A stretch of DNA of 64,000 nt, taken from positions 21,948,001 to 22,012,000 of the forward strand of contig CP158635.1 in assembly GCA_050273025.1 (NCBI GenBank). Direction: 5' to 3'. The translations under genes and the position numbers were made by a program. The DNA comes from Cenococcum geophilum (lineage: Eukaryota). The notes under the pieces are model-generated. The model was not told where the DNA came from and ran no database searches. It worked only from the letters and a program-made list of their open reading frames with translations. This document shows, piece by piece, positions 1 to 12,600 of the stretch (positions are counted from its first letter, which is position 1; each line of letters starts with the position of its first letter).

Positions 1-670
1 CTATATATAGCGACCCCTATATATAGGCCCTTAGCGATTAAAGAGCTTACTTCTTATATAGTTAACTAGGCTACCCTATAAGAAACTACCTAATAAAGGT
101 AAAGATAAATAAGGTCCTATTAATTTAGGAGGATAGTATAGAGTTGGAAAAAGAGGAACCCTAAAGGAAGACTCCTCTCTAGGGTTAAAAGGGATTAATA
201 TATTATATATTAATCTAGGTTAGCTAATTAGTAAAAGAAGCTACACTATCCCTTATACTTTATTCCGTAATAGATATTAAGTTTTAACCTTTACTTTAGC
301 TAACTTAGAAGCAAATACCTTTACCTTAATTAATATAAAGTGCGCGGCAAAACTGGCTAACTTTTTAAATGCACCCTTTAAAGAACTGCCTAAACTAATC
401 CCTATTTACGGGTATAACGGATAGATAGGGCTACCTATTATAACTATCTTATAAATCTACCTTCGCGTTAATTAACGAAGATAGTATAATATCCCCTTCC
501 TTATTACGGACCTTAGAAGCTATAATATAATCTTAGGAAGAAAATAGCTAGCCTATTTAGGCTTATAGCTTAATATATAAAACAGGCAGCTTATTTAGCC
601 TAAAATTATACCCCTAACGCCTTCCTTTATAAAAGAAATTAGTATTATAATAGAAAACCTTATACGGCTA

Positions 671-1399
671 CAGTTAGGTGTCATAAGTGTCCGTGCTAAG
701 CGAATTTTCAAGATAACCCACCCTATTAAATTATATATAACAACCATATAATTAATTTTAAAGCTTTAAAAAATAGCTGAAGTTTATATTATATATTAAA
801 TCTAGCTATTACAGCTTTTTTTTCGGTTTAAAACCTATAACTCTTTTAGAAATCCTATTAGTTCCCTAATAAGATCTATAATATTTAATGTATATTTTCT
901 ACTACTAGATATTTATATTTATTGTAACTTAGTATATTTAGAATATTATTTTAAAAGTATAAAAGTTTATTATAATGTTATAAAGTTGAAAATTTTTAAT
1001 TTATATGGGGAATTTCATTTTTTTCTACTTTTTCGACTTTATAACCCTACAATAATTTTATATATATTTTAAACAAAAATTTAAATATAGAGAGTCTTAG
1101 TAAAAGCAAATCTCTATAAAATATTAGAATTTTAAGGAATATTTTTAATCCCTAGTAGTAAAAAATATATGCTAAATATAGTAAGTTTAGTAAAAAATCG
1201 GTAAAACATCGAGACTTTTAATAAAGGACTGTAAAATATAAGACTTTAAAAAAAGGTATAATAGCTAGATTTTATATAGTAATAGGCCTTATAACTATTT
1301 TAAAGCTCTAGAATTAATTTTGTGGTTGCTATATAGTAATTTGGCAAAAAATATCACATTTGATGTGGTCTGGGCACGGACACTTATAACACCCCACTG
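671..1399. mobile_element. MITE / non-autonomous Tc1-mariner-like DNA element (729 bp)
   Basis: TIRs cagttaggtgtcataagtgtccgtgc and gcacggacacttataacaccccactg. TA duplicated at 669-670 and 1400-1401. Further degenerate subterminal inverted repeats (~740-830 vs ~1240-1330). No ORF; interrupts Gypsy-A pol. Confidence 0.88.
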
Positions 1400-3469
1400 T
1401 ATAGATAAATACTATTTACTAGGCTAATATAACACGTAGGGACTAGGCTTTTAAGAAGGATATATAGCTTAATCTATAACGGATCCGTATACTACGCCGC
1501 CCCTAGACTACCTTTATTATACTACCCGCACTAGAGACTTAGGAAGTTAATAGTAGCCTAGCTAAGTCCCTAATAGAGAACTTAGGCCCTATATAGCCAC
1601 AAAGAAAGGCTAGGGATATTAGACGATATACCAAACTAATATATTAAAAGGATAACTTACGGAAGATAAAATATAAGCTAAGGAAGACTATAAACCCTAT
1701 ACCGCAAAATACGGCCTAAATATCCGTAAAGAAACCCACAGACCTCCCACTAATTAATATCTACTGCATTAGCGCTATAGGATTCTACCAGAACCTAGTT
1801 TAGCCTAATACTATTACCTTTATAACTAGCTTATACAAAATTAATTAAATAATTAAAGAGGAAAAAGCCCTAGCCTAAGAAAAAGGTAAACTTATAGATA
1901 AGGAGCTAGTAGAACAGAAACTGCCCTATTAATACTAGAAATTTAAAGATACCTTTTCTAAAGTAGCGTCTAATATACTTCCGCCTTACCGACCGTATAA
2001 CTATAAGATTAAAATTAAGCCATATAAGGTGGTTACCCTTAGCTATAGCCCCCTCTAACAGCAATTTACTGCCGAATTATAGGCTATAAAGTAGTATTTT
2101 ATTAATAACCTGGATAAGGGCTTTATTAAGCCTAGTTAAGCCTCTTTTAACTTACCTATTCTCTTTACCAAAAAATTAAATAGAAGACTTTGTTTCTGTA
2201 TTAACTACCATAAGCTTAATAATTTAACCCTTAAAGACCACTACCTACTACCTTTACTTAATGAGACTTTGGCCTAAATAAGTAGAGCTAAGATCTTTAT
2301 AAAGCTTAATACCCGCTAGGCTTTTTACCAAATTAGAATGGACCCTAAATTAGAAAACCTTATTACGTTTTAGACCTATTACGGAACGTATAAATATAAA
2401 GTACTACCTTTTAAACTAATTAACGGACTAGCTATATACTAACGATATATAAATAATATACTATTTAACTACCTTAACAACTTCTATATAGTATACCTAG
2501 ATAATATTATAATTTACTCTAAAAATAAACTAAAATATAAAGAGCATATCTATAAAGTCCTACAACGGCTTTAGGAAGCTAGCCTCTAAGCCAATATTAA
2601 GAAGTTAGAATTTAGTGTTAAGTATATAAAGTACCTAGGGTTTATTATTAGTATAAGCGGAATTAAGGCAGACCTAAAAAAGACGGCCGTAATTAACTAA
2701 TGGGTACTCCTAAGGACCGTAAAGGGGGTATAGTTATTCTTAGGGTTCTATAACTTCTACTAACGCTTTATTAAGAACTATAGCAGGATTACTTAACTAC
2801 TAAGCCTACTTACCTATAAGGACCGGCCCTTTTACTTTAATACTGTATATAGGTAGGCCTTTAATAAGCTTAAGAAACGACTGGTCTCTGCTCCCTTACT
2901 CGCCTACTTTAATCTAGAACAGCCCTTAATGCTAGAAACTAATACCTTAGATAGCATTATAGCTAGCGTTTACTCCTAAAAGTAGATAGACAGAAAATAG
3001 CACCCTATTGCTTACTATTTAAAGACTATAGTAGATACTAAGCTAAACTACCTAATTTATAACAAAGAAATACTAGCTATTATCTCTAGCTTTTAGCACT
3101 GGTAAGCCTAACTAGAGGGCACTCCTAAGTCTATTTAGGTAGTTTCCGATTATAAGGCCTTAGAATAAAGGCCCTTATAGCCCGATAGGCGCGCTAGGCA
3201 GATACCCTATCTTAGTTTAACTTCCTAATTATATATAGGCCTAACGCTACTAACTATGCGGATGCTCTTATAAGGTATAAATAGGATATAAATAACCAGA
3301 TAGCTGTAAAGATCTTATTACGGATTTAGGCGCTACTATAACTAAAGTACCTTAACCCCTAAATACGGGCAGAACTAAATATAGACTCTTTAAATGCTGA
3401 GATATGCCCTATTAACTCTATAGAACTAGACCTTATTAATAAACTACTATAGGTAAACTATAAGGGTAC

Positions 3470-3630
3470 TGTTAGTCACACAGGGTGACTCACCAATAAC
3501 GACTACTCGAGTAGGTTACAGTGATGTTAGTTAATATGCTTGTAGGAATGAGGAAGGACGAGGAGCCTAAGACTCCTTGCTACGCTAGTGCTGCGGCGAC
3601 ACGTGACGACCGCTTGCCTTATTCCCGACA
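3470..3630 (-). repeat. 3' LTR of GalEa-like Copia copy 1
   Basis: Direct repeat of 17171-17331. Confidence 0.95.
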
Positions 3631-3814
3631 CTGGCAACTCTTCTTTTATGGTTGCCATCTATATACATAGATACCGCTTAACTTGTGTAGCGTTATGGAA
3701 CCACCCTATAATACCTTACGCACGCCTACTAATTAGGCCCAGTTATAAGACCGTACTTTACCGTAATCTGCCACAACCTACCATAATTTGCTATATTCTG
3801 CCATGCCATAAAAT

Positions 3815-3992
3815 TTTACTAAATTCTGCTAAGTTATAAACTTCTGCTAAATTCTACTAAGCTATAGACTTCTGCTAAATTCTGCTAAGCTATAGACTTC
3901 TACCAAATTCTACTAAGCTATAGACTTCTGCTAAATTCTACCAAGCTATAATATTCTGCCAAATTCTGCTAGCTATATTCTGCTAGCTATAT
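3815..3992. repeat. 28 bp tandem repeat (ttctgctaaattctgctaagctatagac)n, about 5 copies plus shorter subunits, in Copia 3' UTR
   Basis: Periodicity directly visible. Confidence 0.9.
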
Positions 3993-6900
3993 TTCCTACT
4001 CCCTCTTAACCTAACCTTTAACTCGCATACGTAGAGTATTTATATTAACGAATGTCTCTAGTGCCTTATTTGGGTTTGCCTTTATTATTATATCTACCGG
4101 GTTATTTTAGCTATTAATTTATTAAATTTTAAAGAGTTCTTAACGCTTATAGGATTATTAAAGTGCCATAATATTAATTATAAGGCGCTTCTCCTTTATG
4201 GTACCAAGCTTAATTAAATATTTATAGAGGGAATATAAGTCGGTGTATATAATTATAGGGATAATAGGGAGTTTAAGTTAATCTGTAATTATCTTTAGGG
4301 TAGTTCTAATTATAATTGCTATATTAACTCCGCTAACTATTCTATATATCTCTAACACTAGAACACTTTAAGTGACGCGCTTACTCTTAGTTAAGCTCTA
4401 ATAGATAAAATTGCCGTGGATTGTAAAGTTATTCTCTCCGGTAAATTTGTTCGCGATAATAATCTTATATCCTAGCTAGGAGCTAAAATCTTTATTATTT
4501 ATGAATAATCTATTAATAAACACGAAGAGCTTAGCGGTGGGAAGATTAATAGGTACGTAGAGTAGTCCCCAATTAAGATAGTTTATTTACTAGGAAAGAC
4601 GCTTATTTAGGGCAAGAACGTTATCCTTAGTTAGTTCCTAGTGTTAAGCGGTAATAAAGAGATTAAATAAAGCCTTAGGTTAATAGATAGAAGTAATATA
4701 AGCTCCGTAAGCGCGTTGCTCTATATATCCTTACTTTAGAGAATTAACGTTAATAACGTTAATCTTCTTACCCTAACCCTTCTGGCGTAAAGTAATAGAA
4801 TCCTTATTTAGGGAGAGGATACATCTATTAAAAAGTAATAGTGTTATTAAATTAAGCTTTTCCTTTGGCTTTGCTATAAGATTTGCCTTTACTAGCTTAT
4901 CTTCTTTAAGAGCTAAGAATTGGTCGTCTCCTAAGATAATTATATTATTAGTTTATATGCCGACAATTCTGAATAGAGTTCCTATAGTTATAATAAGGAA
5001 GTATAGATTAAATATAGAAGTAGTTATTAAGAGCCTCTCTTTATGGTACTTACTATAGGTAGCCTACTAATAAGTTCCTACCTCTACAATTCCATATAAT
5101 GGCTTAAGCATAACTATAATTATATCTTTGGGATATTAGTGGCGAATTTGCTCTAAAAGGTATGCTAGTATTAAGCGCTGAAGGTGCGTCTTTAATTGGG
5201 TGTAGGCCTAAGTAATATCTTATAAATAAACCGCTATTCCGTTCTTTATTAAGGAGGGAGCTAGCGTAATAATAACTTACTAACTAGCTTGTTAAATTAT
5301 AGAAGATTACGTAAGAATTACCTCCTTACTATTATTGTTGTAGCCTTAGATAATAAGCCTTAATTTCTTAAATAGGGCGTTAGTAGCTTTGCCCTTAATC
5401 TTATTAACTATTCTTAACTTAAAGATATAAACTCTATTGAATTTAGTAGGGTTATACTTCTTGAATTTAAAAACTCCTCTTGTAATAAGACTATCAATCT
5501 CCTATTTATTAGATGCTTAGAAAGGAGCTCCTAGAGTTATAATACGACCTTCCTTTTAGAGCTGTTTTGCGAGCTTAAAGTTAGCCTTCTCTTTAACTGT
5601 TATAAAGGCCATTAATAACTTAACTCTATTCTTAATAGCGGTAACAAATTACTCTTTAAAATTAATAAGATATTAGCAATTTTGTAATTCCTTCAGGTAA
5701 CCTCTACCGCGTTATAGTTACGGCATATCTACTATAATTATATTAGAATTATAGTCGCCTTCTAGAGTATATTAATTGCAGTTCTCTTCTAGGGTATCTT
5801 TTGGGGCGTCTTATAAAGGCTTAAAAATGTTATCTTTATAGTAAGGCTTAATAACAGTTAAATGGAATTAAGTGGGTCTATAAGGCATCTAAATAGTATA
5901 AGTTTAACTATTAATTGTAATAAGTTGATATAGGCCTAACTATTCTCCCTTTTTACGCTATACGCGTACCTTAGACTAAAGTAGTAGATTAAGCGTAGTT
6001 AAGGTATTTAGGCCATTTCTTATTCCTAGTATATTATTAACCTGGCATATAGCGTAGAGACGTCGCACCTCCTTTATTGCCTTGTGAATAGCCTTAGCTT
6101 ATTATATAATGGAGGGAGATAGTAGAGAATTATTAGTTATTTAAGGGTAGGCGCTAAAGACTAGTAATATAGGTATAAGTCTATCTAGGCCAGCGGAATT
6201 ATTAATAGCTTTAATAGCTATTTATAAGGTAAGTTCTTTACTAGCATTCTCTAGTTTTAAAGAGATAATCTTATATACGCGGCGTAATAGTGTGTAATAC
6301 CGCTTTACTTTTCTAATACTATTATATGTCTTAATAGGGACTTCCTTAACCTTAATTGCTATTACCTTTATCTATTATTAAAACTCTATAAATAAGAAGT
6401 TCTTTCCTATATTATGGACGATTTAATTAGGGGGTCCTAGGTAGATATTAATCTAGTATAATTAAAGGGTATCCTATATATTTCTAGCTAATATATCCTT
6501 TAAAAAACGTGCGGCTTGGAAGGAGGTTAAGAAGTTAATAACTTAGAGTACTAGCTTGCCGCTAAGATATATAACGTCAATAATAATACAGAAGTTAAAG
6601 TTATAGTTATCTTTAAGGGTAAACTTAAATCAGCTAGGGGACTTCTGGTTTATTTGGTAGTAATAGTAGTACTTTATAAGATACTTAATTGCCTTAACCT
6701 TGACTTTATAGCCTACTTACTAAAGAACCCTAAGTAATTAATGAATAGATAGGTGGCTAAATTAACGGTGTAGTTAACGTAACTCTAACTTAGTTAGGTA
6801 GCTTTAAGCAATACTCTTTTCTAGTTAATAAAGGAGCAACTAAGGGTGACCCTACTTGCGCACGATGGGTACCCAGTTATCTCCCTAAATAAGTATATTC

Positions 6901-7739
6901 TTAAGGTTATTAAGCTTAACGCCTAATTTATCTATATCTTTAATAACATGCGGAACGTTGGTCCCCCAACGCAAATTTTGACCCGAGTGTAATAAGCCAA
7001 TTAGTTAACCCAAAGCTTTAATTTAGAGCTTTATTATATAAACTTTAATTAATATATATAGAGATGAGGTTTTCCAGGGGGAGACCCCCTGGGACCCCCC
7101 TATATAGAGCTTTTGCTTAATTTAGAAGTAGTAGTAAGATTAAGGCGCCTTGGTTACTGCTAGGTAAGGATCTACTGCAGTGACCGAGGCGCCCTACTTG
7201 AGCCGGGCCTAAAGAATATATTGGTCACGAATATAGCACATATTTGGACTGCAGAGCTTTAATATAGAGCCCTCTATGTAGGATATAATATAGTAGATTG
7301 TGATTCTAATTTAAAGCTTTATATACTAAATATTTTTAATACCTAATAACTATTAACCACGTCATTGCCCACCCAGTTCGGACGTATGATAATATAATGG
7401 CTTAGCGACGACACAATAGCTTAGCGCCGAGTAATGGGAGGGAGGAGAGGGAGGGGAGGAGATTAGGGGTGGCTTGGCCACTGCAAGAAGGTCGTAATAT
7501 TAGTATGGTGTTAAACTTTAAAAATTGTGTCCTAGGAGCTTGATCGACGACCCCTATATAAAACGTCAATAACGTTTAATTGTAGAGCTTTAAACCAGCA
7601 GATCTCTTAGGAATGCCTATTATAAGCAGCTCTAAGTGCGAAATCTAGAATATTTAGTAGTGGTGTGAGTATAGAATAGGGTATATATTTGCGTTCCTAA
7701 ATGTTGTCACGTAACGCAATTTTTAGGTGACGAAAACCA

Positions 7740-8480
7740 GCTATTAATATTGCTCGACTAACACCTACCGGAGGTTCCTCCGTCCTTCCTGTCTTCTCTC
7801 TCGCCCGTCTCCTCATCTAATACTATCCATATCGCCACGTTAACTAATAGATCCCTTAGTGGGGACTAAGGAGTATTGGAGCACCTCTAGCTCTTATAAG
7901 GAAGAAGAAAAGAAGAGAGGAAGGTGTAAAGGAGGGAGTATTTATAGACGGGAGGAGGCCTGTAAGCACAGGAGATTAGGCAGCTATAATATAGCCATTA
8001 ACATTGCTCAACTGACACCTACCGGAGGCTCCTCCGTCCTTCCTATCTTCTCTCTCACCCGTCTCCTCGTCCGATACTATCCATATCGCCACATCAACCA
8101 ATAGGTCCCTCAGTAGGGACTAAGGAGGAGTATTAGAGCACCTCCAGCTCTTATAAGGAAGAAGAAAAGAAGAAAGGAAGGTATAAAGGAGGGAGTATTT
8201 ATAGATGGGAGGAGGCCTGCAAGCATAGGAGGTTAGGCAGCCATAATATAGCCATTGACGTTGCTCGACTGACACCTACCGGAGGCTCCTCCGTCCTTCC
8301 TGTCTTCTCTCTCGCCCGTCTCCTTGTCCGATGCTGTCCATATCGCCACGTTAACTAATAGGTCCCTTAGTGGGGACTAAGGAGGAGTATTAGAGCACCG
8401 CCAGCTCTTATAAGGAAGAAGAAAGGAAGAGAGGAAGGTGTAGAAGGAGTATTTATAGATGGGAGGAGGCCCTGCGAGCA
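7740..8480. repeat. Three tandem copies of a ~255 bp unit in the Helitron 3' region
   Basis: Units start at about 7740, 7993 and 8251 and share ttgctcgact.acacctaccggagg...ctcttataaggaagaagaaa...gagtatttataga.gggaggaggcc. Confidence 0.92.
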
Positions 8481-8618
8481 CGTGATTTGGTAAGTACTAA
8501 TAGCACGAGATTCTCGTATAAGATGGGCTTAATTGCTTACCAAAATATAGGGTATCTCTGTCACTGCAGTGGCTACTACAGTAGTAAAGACGCCTTAAAT
8601 ATTTGATGTAACCGACTA

Positions 8619-9092
8619 CTGAGGCTGTCGATGAGTGGAAGGTAGGCTACCGATATGGTGCGAACGATGTAGTTGTTAATATCGTTTATGGCCTGTTTTT
8701 GCTTCTAGTGTACGCGTAGATCGTCCTTATATTCGGCGTAGAGCTGGTTATAGGTAGTGAGCTGGTTTAGGTCTAGCTTTGCTATCAATATAGCCGTGGG
8801 TAGTATGTCCCTTGGTGTAGGCCGACTTAGTAGTTCTAGCTTTAGAAGATTTAGAAGATCGTCTTTCTTCTTAGATGGGTCGATATACTACTATACCTCG
8901 TTAGTTTTGGCTGTGTCTTAGATAATAAAGAACTATTAAATCTAATCGGATGGCTTGTTAAGGATAAGGTTGATTTTTAATTTGGTAGGGGTCGTCATTT
9001 TTAGAATTTAACAGGTCAGGAAGGGTCTAGGTTAGGGTCCAGCTAGCGTCTTGGCAGAACCTTATTTAGACGTTAATTTAATTCGTCAGTTT
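8619..9092 (-). pseudogene. Fragment of Copia gag N-terminus and 5' UTR carried inside the Helitron
   Basis: Colinear similarity to 60258-60718 (Copia-D gag start). No LTR or TSD around it. Confidence 0.85.
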
Positions 9093-9615
9093 GGATCACC
9101 AAAATCCAAAATTTTGTCACGGGGAGCGCGATTAATGACCCCTACTGACAGCTCTAACTACGTCTAATTTTTAATTTATAAATCGGCAGATCTATAGGTA
9201 ATAGTTATTGCAAGCAGCTCCAGGTGCGGTATATATAAAATCTTAACTATAGGGTAGAGAAGTCGTGGCTGCTAATATGCGGTCCCAAGTAGCATGTATT
9301 CTCGGAGGTCACGTGACTCCTTATATAAGCGACATTTCCGCCCTTTAAAAAAAAACTTAAAAAATTCTAAAAATCGATCAACGCTACAGACAGCAGCAAT
9401 ATTGATCCGGCAAGACTGCCAATTCTCCCTATATACCATTATATGTATATCTAACAGCTCTAGAAGCGGTAAGAAGGTAGGACGGATAGGGGGGTTAAAA
9501 TTTAGAAAATTGGATTTCGCGGTTAAGCTATTCAAAAATTAGGAAACTAAGACGAATGCCGCATTCTCCGCTTACCTCCGAGCCAGTACATGATTTCCTA
9601 TTTAGGAAAAGTCGT

Positions 9616-12600
9616 TTACAAGTAGTTGCTACTGCCTCCGTATAAAATCTTCTTGTCGTGCCTCTTTAGTCTTACTCGTAGATGACTGAAATCGTTCTAT
9701 ATCGAACCCACGCTCAAACATAAGCCCTAAAAGCTTCTTAACTCATGAGATTGCTACATAGGTTAGCCTAGCTGTCTTATCCTTTTCCTTAACATCTAGA
9801 ACCACCCAGTTAAGTGTTAGGCCCTGGCTTTTATATACGGTAAGAGCAAAAGCCAAAGTAATTAGAAATTGACGCCGTAAGCAAAAGCCTCTTATACCCT
9901 CCCACTTACAAAGCACGGAAAATATAGGGATGACTTTCTTACCATCCTGCCAAGTAAATAGGGCAGGTCCGTTGTACCCATCTACCGCAATTAGTAGTAA
10001 CTGAGGCTGATCCTTTTTAATATCCGCGTGTCCCTTCCATACGACATCTTTAACTGTACCAGTAGTACCGTTTACTAAGCCTAGTTTAACCCAGATATTC
10101 TATATTAGCATTACTTTCGCGCCAATACATAGGGCTAGATTCTCTATAGTATCGCACTAATTAGGAGTAACTTTCCGCGTACCTACACCAGTGTTAACTG
10201 ACTTAATAACTACCACTGGCTGTAAAAGGTCGCAAAGCCGAATAGTGTTATACTTACCTATAGCAGGGCGCGTGCTATATAGCCGAATTGCGTTGTCAAA
10301 GCTCGCAACCTCATCAGTAGATAGGCCTTACTTACCCCTAGTTAAAAGAAGCTTCCAGGTCAAATCACTTACAGAATTACTACGTAGCTCCGCAAGGGCT
10401 GTCCTAAATGCAGAGCTCTTAGCGTCATCACCGCCCTACCGCATAACTTGATCTAGGACAGCTATTCGGTCAATCGCCTTATAGGCTCCCTTTCCATAGC
10501 TAGCGAGCTCTAACGGCCTAGCGGGTAGATTGCTGTATAAGGCCGCCTGACCTATAGGGGGAAGCTAATGGAAATCGCCTACTAGCAAGATATTTAAGCC
10601 TCCGAAGTAGTCGTTATTATATATAGGGTAGATCTAACGGAGGCGGCGATCGATCTAGGCCAGATGTACTTGCCCAATCATAGATTTCTCGTTAAGGACG
10701 AGATAGTAAATATCCTTAAAAGCTTGCTGTAGAGGCGTAAGACTGGCAGTAGGCAATTCCTTAAACAGGCGATTTACTGGCAACCTTAATAGATCATATA
10801 TAGTTCTGCCGTTAATATTAAAGGCAGCTACCCTAGTAGGGGCCGCTTAAGCCAATGGCATCGGCTTACCATTAGCCCTTACCATATCATAGAGCGTAGT
10901 AAAGAGGACAGCAATAAGATATAATTTGCCGGTTCCTGCCTCTCCATTAACGTTAATCCGCAGTAGGGGGGGACCAAGGCCCGCTTAGATCTGCCTATAG
11001 TAATTAACTACAACATTATAGATATAACGCTGACCTGGTTATAAGGAGGACGGAGTTGCTGTTTGGGATAGGCGGCTCCATAGTAGAGGCTATAGCCGTA
11101 CTTCCTACCAATAAGTCCTCTTATTAAGCTGCGGGTACGTACCCTAATGCGTACTTTAGTCATAGTTATAATTAAGCTCCCTATTACCAAGCCTATTAGG
11201 ATCCTCAATTTTAACTCTATTAGTATTTTAAACACGGGCATACAGGGCCTTAAAGGACTAGTATAGCTCCAAGTCGTCTACAAAACCGCTATTAAACTCA
11301 TTAATATTATCAGTAGTTTCGCGGCCTTCCTCTAGTTTCTAATTACAGAAGTAGTCGGGCGGGTACTAATAAGAGTTAACGCAAGCCTAATAGGAAGCCA
11401 CATAATCAGGGGCCCCGAATCCATTAGTATAAGTAGCCACTTCCTTATACTCCCTCTACGGGTAATGAAGAATAAGCTTTATACGGCAGAACTTAGGATA
11501 CTATAGATAGGAACGATCGCCGTTATATTGCGGAAAGTACGATATAACTTAAGGCCTTGCTCTTAGCCGACGCTTATAAGTAGAGTAATTAAAATAAAGT
11601 AGAAAATCGAGGAAAGTAACGTCCTCTACCCCATCTGGGTGGCGCTTATATTTCTTATAGTCAAACAGTCCGCACCCTCTTAGTTACCCATTATTAAGCT
11701 TATACGTAGCGCTTCGATCATCCTCCTAGCGGTAGTTTAAAGTTACTATATTTCTAGAGCCTTCGCAAAGGGGAATGTTAAGAAGTAAATAATATACCTC
11801 CTGCGCTAACTAATTGCGTTTAGCAATAAGCTTGTTTATAAACCTGGCCACAACCGAACTAAAGGCATAAAGGCTATTAGCGTACGGCTGTACTAATTAG
11901 AGTAACTCCTAGTAGGAAGTTAACTTCTTCTTTTCCTTACTGCAATATTTGCCTATATAGTTAACTATTACTAATATACTCATAGCAGGTGACGTATTAA
12001 TATTCGCCATCCACGCTAATATTATAGCTGCATTATAACCATTAAGAAGCTTATCATTATGCTACGGACAGAACGTCCAGTGATATGGATTTTGATCCTT
12101 TAATACAGCGGCCTTATTATAGAGAGAGCGTGGAAAATAGAAGCGGCACTCCTTTACTCCAGTGGAGCTTTTCTTTAATCTTAAGTAGTAAGATTCGGTG
12201 CAATTACGGTGCCGTTAAAATCGATTAAGGTAGGCAGTAAGAAGCTTACTGGTATTAAACTGTTTTTTATAGCTAAGAGTAGAAGGATATCGGAGATCGG
12301 GAGGCCTAAATTAATTAGGATTAATTACGGATATAAAAGTAGCCCAGTACTTAGCAAAAGCCGCCCTTAAGTTACTAGCTAACGGATCTAGCCTTAGGGC
12401 TGTTAAACTCCATAAGAAGCTATATATGTGGCCGCTACCTTATACCTACCACTTATATTAAGACCAAAAGTCAGTACTATCAAATAGGCCTATAAGTACG
12501 TGCTTCCTAAACAGATCAAAGCGGTAATGCAGCCAGTAAGCAGTAATATGCGGATTATCGTTAAGATTTTAAGAAGCAATCCAGTAGCGCTAAGCCTTAT

